The notes under the pieces were generated by a model. The model was given only the letters and a program-made list of their open reading frames with translations. It was not told the origin of the DNA and made no database searches. From assembly GCF_000018305.1 (NCBI RefSeq), contig NC_009954.1:720001-752000 (forward strand): DNA of 32,000 bases, read 5' to 3'. Both the position numbers and the translations under genes were made by a program. Shown here piece after piece: positions 8,866 through 17,286 of the stretch (position 1 is the stretch's first letter; each line of letters begins with the position of its first letter). The DNA is from Caldivirga maquilingensis IC-167. GTDB lineage: Archaea; Thermoproteota; Thermoprotei; Thermoproteales; Thermocladiaceae.

Positions 8866-9711
8866 TCGAACTCACACCCTTAACAGTTTCCCTTACCCTC
8901 AATGCTATTAATGCGGTTATTATTGATGATACTGCTGATGATATGAATATGTAGTAGAAGGATAACCTTGAGGGAACCATGTAAAGTACTGGCAAGTTAC
9001 CTAACATATCATTAATACACCATGCTTATACATATCAAGTATTGAACTTGCAAACACTGGACCGAGGGTATTACCCATTAGTCTCATGGTTGTGTTGGTT
9101 CCAGTTATGGTGGCAAGTCTCCTCTCGGATGCAGACATCATGAGTATAGTTATCCTAGTCACCATCATTCCACCAATACCGATTAACGTGACTACTAGGA
9201 TCATCATAACGTCAACCACAGTTAATGAGTAGTCCAGCGGTGTTACTGCAAGAAACAGTGAACCAAGGGCTGCAATTAATGGTGTAATTATTAATATTGG
9301 CTTAACCCTAATCCTACTTGATAATGCCACGAAGACTGACCCAATAATCAGCATTATTATGCTTATGGGGGCTGGGGTAATGCCAGTGGATAATATATCC
9401 ATGCCGAAACCCACTGGGCCGGTAGGTTAAGAGGACTGGCACTGTGTATATTTATTAAAAACCATGAGTACCCTCTTCCTACCGTACTCATCAGCTAACT
9501 TACCTATAACAGGCACTAGGACTAAGCCACCTAAGGTTTCAGCGGATAAGATCCATGAAGCCTCTGAGGCTGAGGCATTGAATTCGCTTTCAATCTTGTA
9601 TATTAAGGGGAGTACAGCCATTTCAATGTACATTGTTAAAATAAATATGAAGGCTAATATGGGTAGGTGTCTCCTTAAAACATTGGCAGTATGGCTCATA
9701 GCGGTTCTCAT
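8837..9711 (-). pseudogene. Decayed MFS transporter remnant (N-terminal half only; in-frame stop plus frameshift)
   Basis: Fragment 9427-9711 carries TM1-2 and MFS motif A (GKLADEYGRKRVL). Fragment 9001-9414 is in the same frame, separated only by TAA at 9427-9429. A third MFS-like fragment (LPVLYMVPSRLSFYYIFISSAVSSIITALIALRVRET) is open at 8840-9025 in a different frame. No C-terminal six-helix half is present, and the remnant runs into the 3' end of the M50 gene. Confidence 0.55.
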
Positions 9712-9812
9712 AAGGGCTTGTATATTAAGTCTAGTAGATGGTAATCATGGCTTAATCGAATATTAATTCGACTCAATAGTCATACTTAGATTCAATACAG
9801 TAATCAAAGTTA

Positions 9813-9834
9813 ATTAACCTCCATTGAGGTTAAT
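9813..9834. repeat. Perfect 9-bp inverted repeat with 4-nt spacer (attaacctc catt gaggttaat)
   Basis: Read directly. It lies in the 320-bp spacer between the MFS remnant and the second ABC operon, about 200 bp upstream of 10032. Confidence 0.7.
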
Positions 9835-10001
9835 GGTTTAAAACATATGCGATACTGCATTATATAGGTGTAGGTAAGTTATCAACACTCTTAATAGTAT
9901 GGTTATTTGTCAGCATATAGTAGGTGATACTTATTTACCTGAGTAAAATTGTGTTAAATATGGCCCATTATGTTCACTTAATGGTGCATCATGGGAAAAA
10001 C

Positions 10002-10008
10002 TTATATA
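10002..10008 (+). promoter_or_regulatory. TATA box (ttatata) with purine-rich BRE-like upstream gaaaaac, for the ABC operon
   Basis: It is centred 27 nt upstream of the ATG at 10032. The same aaaacttatata string occurs upstream of the citramalate synthase gene. Confidence 0.5.
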
Positions 10009-10031
10009 GGAGAGGTAGCTGAAAATATTTT

Positions 10032-11039
10032 ATGGCTAGGAGAGACGTAATAAATACCTCAATATGGGCTGCTAAGAGTATAGCTGTTGTCTTCGCTGAG
10101 CTAGTTTTCGCAATAAGCATATCCTTCTTCCTAATACACGCAATGCCAGGTAACCCGTATCAAATAATCCTAGTTGGATTACTGCAGAAGGGTATACCTT
10201 ATGAACAGGCTAAGATAATGGCAGCTGCATTAGCCGGCTACAACCCTAACACTAACCCAATAGTTAGTTGGGCTGGTTACATGTGGAGTGTGTTCCACGG
10301 TAATTTAGGTTACTCACTAATATACAGGGCACCGGTTAGTAAAATTATAGCCACAGCCGCACCCTGGACAATACTACTGGTCGCAGTATCCTTAACACTA
10401 GCCTTTGCCACAGGTTATATACTGGGGCTTTATGCAGCATCAAAGACAGGTATAGTGGATAGTTTAATAAACGGTACATTATCCTTCTTCCAATCAATAC
10501 CAGCCTACGTCCTAGCCTTAATACTAATAATAATATTCGGTGTACTACTGAAGATAGCCCCCATAGCTGGAGCTTACTCCTCAAACGTCACACCAGGCTT
10601 CACGGCGAAATTCATACTGGATGTTATGCATCATCTAGCCCTACCCCTCTTAACCTACTACCTAGTAATATTCCCAGGCTGGGTCTTCGGTACCAGGAGC
10701 CTAGCCATAAGCATTACTAGGGAGGATTACGTGCTTGTGGCTAAGGCTAGGAGCCTACCGGAGAGGAGGATTACGCTCACCTACATTGGTAAGAACGCCC
10801 TACTACCCCAGTTAACTGCATTACTATACTCCTACGGTTTAATGTTCGGTAGCAGCATATTCATTGAATCAACCTTCGCCATACCCGGGTTAGGCTATGT
10901 CTTATCAATAGGCTCTGGTTCAAGGGACTACTTACTGACCATTGGTTCATTCCTAGTGATTATTATTGCTGTTATTTTGGGTAATTTTATTGCTGATGTT
11001 ACTTATGGTTTGATTGATCCTAGGGTGAGGGGTGTATGA
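10032..11039 (+). CDS. ABC transporter permease, DppB/OppB family
   Basis: 335 aa. It has EDYVLVAKARSLPERR...GKNALLP (EAA loop) and the C-terminal GLIDPRVR. It has six predicted TM helices and overlaps the next gene with ATGA. Confidence 0.9.
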   Translation: MARRDVINTSIWAAKSIAVVFAELVFAISISFFLIHAMPGNPYQIILVGLLQKGIPYEQAKIMAAALAGYNPNTNPIVSWAGYMWSVFHGNLGYSLIYRAPVSKIIATAAPWTILLVAVSLTLAFATGYILGLYAASKTGIVDSLINGTLSFFQSIPAYVLALILIIIFGVLLKIAPIAGAYSSNVTPGFTAKFILDVMHHLALPLLTYYLVIFPGWVFGTRSLAISITREDYVLVAKARSLPERRITLTYIGKNALLPQLTALLYSYGLMFGSSIFIESTFAIPGLGYVLSIGSGSRDYLLTIGSFLVIIIAVILGNFIADVTYGLIDPRVRGV

Positions 11040-12001
11040 TGGAGTCTGCTATTCCTCTTGGTAGGAGGGTTGTTAATAGGATTGTTGATTTGCTTCATCA
11101 ATTATACGTCTCCATAGTCATCTTCACCAGTACTGGTCAAGGTAAGGCTGGCTTCGGTTTAACAGTATTCGTTGTTGCATTAGCCATAGCAGCACCATTA
11201 TTCCCATACCCAGGACCAAAATGGAGCAACGTAGCACTACAATTCATACCACCATCAACAAAACCATCACTATGGTACATACTTGGCACTGATTACCTAG
11301 GAATACCACTGTTACTGGACATAATATGGGGACTAAGATACTTCTTGGAGATAGGTGCAATAGCCGGTGTACTGCAGGTGGCTATAGGTACCTTCCTGGG
11401 GCTCCTGGCTGGTTACCTAGGGGGCTTCACCGATAGGGCATTAAACTTCGTTTTCAACTTACTGCTCACAATACCAACCTTCGCCCTATGGTTAATACTA
11501 GCAGTCATATTTAGGTCAGGTAACCCAGTTATCCTAGGTTTCATACTAGGTATATTGAGTTGGGCTGGGTTAGCCAGATCCATTAGGGCTGCTGCCTTGA
11601 GTGCTAAGAATAAGGATTACGTTGAGGCATCAAGACTACTAGGCTTAAACTCACTATCAATAATAGCAAACGATATAATGCCTGCAATAACCCCATACAT
11701 AGTCATGAACTTCATGTTAAGTATAGTCGGAGGCTTCTATGGCGCAATGGGCCTAGCATTCCTAGGCCTAATACCCTACAGTAACATAAACTGGGGGGCA
11801 ATAATGGGTAATGCCTTCTACCAGGAGGCAGCAATATTCTCACCAACTGGAACAATACCAGTAGTAATACTGATAGTGATTCAAACAGTGATATTAATGG
11901 GTTTCGTCTACTTCGCAAACGCCTCAGTGTACATATTCGACCCCAAGAGGAGGAGGGAGGTAGAAATTAAATTAGCCAGCAAGCGTAGGGCTGTGAGGTG
12001 A
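11036..12001 (+). CDS. ABC transporter permease, DppC/OppC family
   Basis: 321 aa. It has YILGTDYLGIPLL, DYVEASRLLGL (EAA loop) and multiple TM helices. Confidence 0.9.
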   Translation: MMESAIPLGRRVVNRIVDLLHQLYVSIVIFTSTGQGKAGFGLTVFVVALAIAAPLFPYPGPKWSNVALQFIPPSTKPSLWYILGTDYLGIPLLLDIIWGLRYFLEIGAIAGVLQVAIGTFLGLLAGYLGGFTDRALNFVFNLLLTIPTFALWLILAVIFRSGNPVILGFILGILSWAGLARSIRAAALSAKNKDYVEASRLLGLNSLSIIANDIMPAITPYIVMNFMLSIVGGFYGAMGLAFLGLIPYSNINWGAIMGNAFYQEAAIFSPTGTIPVVILIVIQTVILMGFVYFANASVYIFDPKRRREVEIKLASKRRAVR

Positions 12002-12005
12002 CAGC

Positions 12006-13028
12006 ATGTCTTCGACAGTGCTCTCCGTTAAGAACCTGAACGTAACGTATAAGACAGCTACCTTCGACGTTGAGGCTGTTAAAAACGTTTCCTTCGAGTT
12101 ACATAGGCATGAGATACTGGGGATAGTTGGCGAGTCGGGTAGTGGCAAATCAACCATAGCCCTAGCACTAATGAGACTACTTCCCAATAATGCCGTAATA
12201 ACTGGTGAGGCTTCATTATACAGTAGGGATGGATCCAGAATTGACAATGTATTAACGCTCCCTGAGGAGGAGCTTAGGAGGATTAGGTATAGGTGGGGTA
12301 AGATATCCATAGTGTTCCAGGGCGCCATGAATTCGCTGAACCCATTATTAACTGTTAAGGATCACTTCATTGATACTGCCCAAGCCCATGGTATTGATAA
12401 GGAGGAGGCACTTAAAATAGCTGCTGATTTGCTCCGTTCAGTTAGGCTTGAGCCTGCTAGGGTGCTTAGGTCATACCCGCATCAATTATCAGGTGGTATG
12501 AAGCAGAGGGTTATGATTGCCTTAGCTCTAATGCTGAACCCAGACGTAATAATACTTGATGAGCCAACCACCGCCTTAGATACATTGACTCAGAGGCAGA
12601 TACTTGAGTTAATTAGGGATCTGCGTAAGGAGCGTGACGTAGGCATAATGCTTATTACTCATGATTTATCCGTCGTGGCTGATGTGGCTGATAAGGTTCT
12701 CGTTCTCTATAGGGGCTACGTAATGGAGATTGGGGATGTTTATACAGTGTACTCACGCCCATACTCGCCATACACGCTCATGTTAATAAACTCCTTCCCA
12801 GCAATAGGCAAGAGGATAATTAAGCTTAAGCCCGCTGGCATAACTGCAACAACTAATAATAGGGGTTGCCCATTCATAAATAGATGCCCATTCGCATCCA
12901 TTGAGTGCGCTGACGCGGATATGAATCTTATTGAGGTTGAGCCAGGACACTTCTCATCATGTATAAAGGCAAATCTCATACAGCAGCAGGTCGCAGGCAA
13001 GGTGATGGCCAGTGAGCAACAGCAGTAG
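12006..13028 (+). CDS. ABC transporter ATP-binding protein, DppD/OppD family
   Basis: It has Walker A GESGSGKST, the signature LSGGMKQR, Walker B IILDEPTTALD, an H-loop ITHD, and the C-terminal oligopeptide-type Cys motif GCPFINRCPF. Confidence 0.92.
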   Translation: MSSTVLSVKNLNVTYKTATFDVEAVKNVSFELHRHEILGIVGESGSGKSTIALALMRLLPNNAVITGEASLYSRDGSRIDNVLTLPEEELRRIRYRWGKISIVFQGAMNSLNPLLTVKDHFIDTAQAHGIDKEEALKIAADLLRSVRLEPARVLRSYPHQLSGGMKQRVMIALALMLNPDVIILDEPTTALDTLTQRQILELIRDLRKERDVGIMLITHDLSVVADVADKVLVLYRGYVMEIGDVYTVYSRPYSPYTLMLINSFPAIGKRIIKLKPAGITATTNNRGCPFINRCPFASIECADADMNLIEVEPGHFSSCIKANLIQQQVAGKVMASEQQQ

Positions 13029-14204
13029 CTCAGGCAGTAGCCCAAGGGGGCCTGCCCCAGTTTGCCCATATCTTCAAAGAACCCCCCAGGGCTACTTATG
13101 TAGCCTAACTCAGAAGCCTGTTAATCCACTTGGCTGGTACTGCATATTCGACTACATGAATTGCCCAATATACGTAAGCCACGCCGCTTACATGAGTGGT
13201 AGGAAGGGGCTTGAGAGGAAGTATAGTGAGGATGTTGTTATTGCTGCAGAAGACTTAACAGTAGTCTTTAAGGTTGGGAGCATGTTCAGTAAGAAGGATC
13301 TTTACGCTGTTGATCATGTTAACATAACTGTGAATAAGGGTGAGACTATGGCAGTGGTTGGTGAGTCGGGTAGTGGTAAGACCACGCTCGGTAAGACCCT
13401 AGTTGGATTATATATACACCTGCAACCGGTAGGATCTACTTCCATGGTAGGGATATTTCAACAATGACTGAGGAGGAGTATAAGGTTTACAGGCTTAAGT
13501 CACAGTACATTCACCAGGACCCATACTCAAGCCTTAACCCATATAAGACAGTGTACGATATATTGGCTGTCCCATTGAGGGCTAATAAGCTTGTGCATAG
13601 TAAGGCTGAGGAGGAGAAGCTGATTTTCGAGGCTCTTGAGAACGTTGGCCTTAACCCCAAGGCCTACATTAACAAGTACCCCTTTGAATTAAGTGGTGGT
13701 GAGAAACAGAGGGTATCCATTGCAAGGGCATTGCTCGTTAAGCCTGAGTTTGTGGTGGCTGATGAGATAGTTACGATGCTTGATGCTTCACTTAGGCTCG
13801 AGGTTCTTGATCTACTCTTAGCAGTGCAAAAGGAGATGAATTTAAGCGTACTCTTCATAACTCATGATTTAGGAATGGCCTACTACATGGCTGGTGACAC
13901 AGGTAAGGCTGCAGTAATGTACCTTGGTTCAATAATGGAGTATGGGCCAGCTAAGGAGATGCTTGAAAGCCCACTACACCCGTATACCCAAGCCTTATTA
14001 TCAGCAATACCTGAGCCTGACCCAGCTAAGTCAAGAAGTAAGAAGGTTATGAAGCTTAGAAGCCTTGATCCACCTAACCCACTTAGGGCGCCTCCTGGAT
14101 GCAAGTTCAGTGACAGGTGCCCATTTGCCATGGATAGGTGCTTTAAGGAGAGGCCTCCACTTAAGAAGGTTGGCAACGTAATGGTTGCCTGCTGGTTATA
14201 TTAA
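13012..14204 (+). pseudogene. ABC transporter ATP-binding protein, DppF/OppF family, split by a frameshift (two track ORFs, 13012-13467 and 13464-14204)
   Basis: The first ORF has Walker A GESGSGKTT and then reads LVGLYIHLQPVGSTSMVGIFQQ*. The other frame reads YTPATGRIYFHGRDISTMTEEEYKVYR...QDPYSSLNP, LSGGEKQR, ADEIVTMLD, ITHD and GCKFSDRCPF. Removing one TA from the (TA)4 run at 13409-13416 restores a continuous canonical protein. The conserved part starts near the ATG at 13192, so 13012-13191 is an unusual Cys-rich extension. Confidence 0.8.
13409..13416 (+). repeat. (TA)4 dinucleotide run at the frameshift site
   Basis: Read directly (ttatatatac). It is the only point where the two homologous frames can be joined to give GLY-TPATGRIYF. 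Confidence 0.8.
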
Positions 14205-14217
14205 AACAGTGATAATT

Positions 14218-14430
14218 ATGCATCCTGAAATAGGTAAGGCTGTCTACGGTATAATACTAAGTTTACTAGTGCTATTGGGTATATCATTCATTTACCTGAA
14301 CCCAGATGAGGTAAGCTTCTACGTAGCCTTAGTGGCACTGGTATTCCTCATAATACTGCTGGTATGGACTATCAATGATATTAGAAAACAGGCTGGTCAG
14401 GAGGGTTTAAGGTCCTCATCGGAGTCGTAG
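14218..14430 (+). CDS. Possible small two-TM membrane protein (about 70 aa)
   Basis: ATG at 14218 (the track start at 14185 overlaps the ATPase). There are two hydrophobic helices, AVYGIILSLLVLLGISFIYL and FYVALVALVFLIILLVWTI. The 3' end overlaps the convergent 14397-16331 gene by 34 nt. No homology is recognised. Confidence 0.3.
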   Translation: MHPEIGKAVYGIILSLLVLLGISFIYLNPDEVSFYVALVALVFLIILLVWTINDIRKQAGQEGLRSSSES

Positions 14431-16331
14431 TCTGTTTTTAAACTGGGTCTTTTATACTGTATTATGTTTGTTACTCCTCTATGCAGGTTCTTGGAGGATT
14501 CACTAATCATGAAGTGTAGGCTTACTGGTTCATCAATGCGCTTAACCTTTATGGAAACAGTATTCCACCCATGTCTCATTAAGGCATCTGCGTAATTCCT
14601 ACCATCACCATCGTAATTAGGCCTAAGCATATACTTCTCCTTGGATTCAACAATGGGCTCCTCATTAAACCACAGTTTAGCGTATGGTGCATTATTGGGG
14701 ATACCCAAGTGCATTATTCTTGAATCACCTGGATTATAAATGAAACCCACAGCAACCATTGAAGCACCCTTAGGTATTAAATCCTCGAGGCTGAGGTCAT
14801 AACCATCCCTGTAAACCGCAGCCCATTCACCAGCCGCAGCTTCACCAACCCACCTATCAACATCCTCATCACTGTCATTAACCTTATTAATGAACCAAAC
14901 CACCGGTGGTAATATTGTTAAGGTTATGTTAATTGACTCAAATGAGTCTAAAGCAGTGAATTGAATGATAGGGTGCTCAACGGTATTAAGCTCATTAAGG
15001 TTAATTAACCTAACCCTAAACTCAACCTCGGCCGTGGAATTAGGCTCAATGAATAACCCTCCACTCACTGGGTTTATTTGATAGGCCTTAGTGTTGATGC
15101 CGTGTATAATGTAGTTTAGGTTAATTGGACTTAACCTAATGCTCCTAATTGTGATTATTATGGGTAATTCAACATTAGGCTTAAGCACCGGGCCGATTGG
15201 GTGCTCAACGGTGGCCTCAATCCCAATGAATCTAAGCCTCCAGGTATTTGGCTTATAATTCAACCATGATTCATTAGGCTTAACCGTGAATGGGTCTATT
15301 AACCATTCAACACCACCTTCATGGTTAATCTTAACTCTATCATTATACCTAGCAAGTAATCTATACGTAACCTTAAGGATCCTATTAGCTAACTCGGTCA
15401 CAGTCCTATTAGACCTAATATTAGATACACCACCCCATGTCTCATTGGTCATAATCTCTTCGTAAACCTTAACGTAGTCTTGGGGTATGTAATCCGCGCC
15501 ATGAATAATACCCAATACAGCACCCACGGTGGCCGCGGTGCTGTCAGTGTCGTAGCCTAGGCTAATAGTCTTAGCAATAGCATCCATGAAGCTGTTACCG
15601 TAGAGTAGACCTAATACCTCAAAGCCTAGGTTAATGGGTGAGTATTGGGCTATTTTACGGTACTCAGTAGGTGCGAGCTCAATAATAATTCTCCTAGCCT
15701 CCCTTAAATCTAAGCCCTTAGCGTAGGCATTAAGGGCATTCTCAATTGCCTTATGAGTTAAGCTATTCTGGGGTATGTAGCTTAACGCATGCTTAATTAA
15801 CTTAATTAAGTCACCTTCAATGAATGCTAAAGACTCTAATACCGCATTAAATACTTCACCGTAAACAGACTCACCACCACCATGGTCAACAATAGCATCC
15901 TTAAAAGCGTACTCAGCAGCTACGTCAGGTAACCCTGGAGCTATCATTGCCCAAACCTCAGACCTAATGGGTGAACCCATGCAGTGTTTAAACCAATTAT
16001 TGAAGAAACCTGACATGGGTGGTAGTATGCCCAGCCTCAGATTCCTCTTACTCAACCCATATTCATCCCAATTATAGTGAATACAGTCGAGCCAACACTG
16101 GGCAAGATCATGCTCAGTCACATCAAGTCCCCTATCCTCAATAAGCCTAAGCCAAGCCATCTGAACCTCAAAATCATCATTAGGGTAAAGCTTAGGCTCA
16201 AGTCTAACATCAATTAAATCCTCCTGGCCAAAACCCCTCTCATAAGGGGTACCAAGACTACCACCAGCATTCTTACCTAGTAAACCACCGTAAACCTTAT
16301 TAAATAAAGCTGCCCTTGAAAGTGAAACCAT
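14397..16331 (-). CDS. ADP-ribosylglycohydrolase (ARH/DraG) family domain fused to a roughly 300-aa uncharacterised beta-rich C-terminal region
   Basis: The N-terminal 330 aa or so carries ARH blocks: GGLLGKNAGGSLGTPYE, NDDFEVQMAWL (compare TDDT) and GYDTDSTAATVGAVLGIIHG (compare DTD[ST]). The C-terminal 300 aa or so is rich in short beta-like segments with no motif I recognise. TATA-like ctttaaaa lies about 25 nt upstream of the start. Confidence 0.8.
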   Translation of the reverse strand: MVSLSRAALFNKVYGGLLGKNAGGSLGTPYERGFGQEDLIDVRLEPKLYPNDDFEVQMAWLRLIEDRGLDVTEHDLAQCWLDCIHYNWDEYGLSKRNLRLGILPPMSGFFNNWFKHCMGSPIRSEVWAMIAPGLPDVAAEYAFKDAIVDHGGGESVYGEVFNAVLESLAFIEGDLIKLIKHALSYIPQNSLTHKAIENALNAYAKGLDLREARRIIIELAPTEYRKIAQYSPINLGFEVLGLLYGNSFMDAIAKTISLGYDTDSTAATVGAVLGIIHGADYIPQDYVKVYEEIMTNETWGGVSNIRSNRTVTELANRILKVTYRLLARYNDRVKINHEGGVEWLIDPFTVKPNESWLNYKPNTWRLRFIGIEATVEHPIGPVLKPNVELPIIITIRSIRLSPINLNYIIHGINTKAYQINPVSGGLFIEPNSTAEVEFRVRLINLNELNTVEHPIIQFTALDSFESINITLTILPPVVWFINKVNDSDEDVDRWVGEAAAGEWAAVYRDGYDLSLEDLIPKGASMVAVGFIYNPGDSRIMHLGIPNNAPYAKLWFNEEPIVESKEKYMLRPNYDGDGRNYADALMRHGWNTVSIKVKRIDEPVSLHFMISESSKNLHRGVTNIIQYKRPSLKTDYDSDEDLKPS

Positions 16332-16522
16332 AGGTAATTAAGTCGCATTGGTTTTAAAGCTTTAGATAACGCATTAATTTCCTACCCAGATTCAATAAAT
16401 CCTTGAATTAATACACGAATCAATAGCTTATTTTTACTGAGTCTTAGTTAAGCTTATGATGCTTACACCAGGAATTTAATGCTTTAATTCAAGTTAATTT
16501 TAGTCGGAACCCTGATACCTCA

Positions 16523-17128
16523 TCAACTATCAGTGATGGCAGCCGTCCCCACTTCACTTAGGAATCCTTCAACTATTTTTATGAATTCCTCAGTATTATC
16601 AAGGTATGCAGGATGCCTTGCTCCCTCTATGTAGACTACCTTGAAGCCGAATCTAGTTAATAAGTCGGCATTATACCTTGGTGACACATCATCCCTACTA
16701 CCCCATATACCCAGTACTGGCTTTCTTATTTTAACAAGGTCAATCCTATTAACACCCACTGGTCCTATCACAATGGCTGCAGATGCAGGGTAACCTAAGG
16801 CTAAGTACCTTAATACTGTTTCCCCACCTATTGACGCACCTATCAGTATTGGATTTAAGATACCTAATGCATCCACAATAGCCTTTAAGTGTTCTGCGTA
16901 ATCATTCTCGTTTTCCCTCTCAAAATGGTCGCTTCTTGACCTTGGGCCATAGGGCATGTCTACGGCGTAAACCTCATACTTCTTCTCAAAGTAACTTAAG
17001 CAGCATTCATTCCAAGTATCGGCACTAAAGCTGAGGCCATGGATGAAGAGTAATGTTGATTTACCTGAACCACCTTGAAGTAATCTAACCCTCTTACCGT
17101 TAACTGTTATCCACTTCTCATTAACCAT
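16523..17128 (-). CDS. Alpha/beta-fold hydrolase
   Basis: 201 aa. It has the oxyanion HG (LLFIHGLSF), the nucleophile elbow GASIGG (G-x-S-x-G), GSRDDV (Asp) and GARHPAYLD (His). Confidence 0.8.
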   Translation of the reverse strand: MVNEKWITVNGKRVRLLQGGSGKSTLLFIHGLSFSADTWNECCLSYFEKKYEVYAVDMPYGPRSRSDHFERENENDYAEHLKAIVDALGILNPILIGASIGGETVLRYLALGYPASAAIVIGPVGVNRIDLVKIRKPVLGIWGSRDDVSPRYNADLLTRFGFKVVYIEGARHPAYLDNTEEFIKIVEGFLSEVGTAAITDS

Positions 17129-17257
17129 AGTGATTAAGAATTCACGGTAGTTAATTAATCTTACTCACCAGCCTCTTTGGTTACCTATTTAGCTAAGTAA
17201 TGAGGCTATATGGTGTAATCGCTATTATATTTACTTACCCGATTAATTAGGTAAAAC

Positions 17258-17264
17258 TTATATA
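17258..17264 (+). promoter_or_regulatory. TATA box (ttatata, context aaaacttatata)
   Basis: It is centred 26 nt upstream of the ATG at 17287. This supports that ATG, not the TTG at 17390, as the intended start. Confidence 0.5.
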
Positions 17265-17286
17265 CCCCAGGTAATTAACTAAACCT

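Noticed and set aside
9464-9766. 100-aa plus-strand ORF
   Set aside because: It is antisense to the MFS motif-A fragment, which is the frame with recognisable homology.
973-14176. Short overlapping ORFs within the ABC transporter genes: 1-210(-), 973-1200(+), 984-1172(-), 3041-3253(-), 10345-10584(-), 11712-11918(-), 11972-12328(-), 12740-13069(-), 13664-13858(-) and 13883-14176(-)
   Set aside because: Each is fully nested in, or antisense to, a gene with strong family motifs. None has an independent promoter-like box or a recognisable domain.
16456-16515. Possible C/D-box sRNA: atgatgc at 16456-16462 and ctga at 16512-16515, about 60 nt apart
   Set aside because: The C box is imperfect and no credible internal D'/C' boxes exist at the expected 12-nt guide spacing. 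There is no terminal complementary stem.
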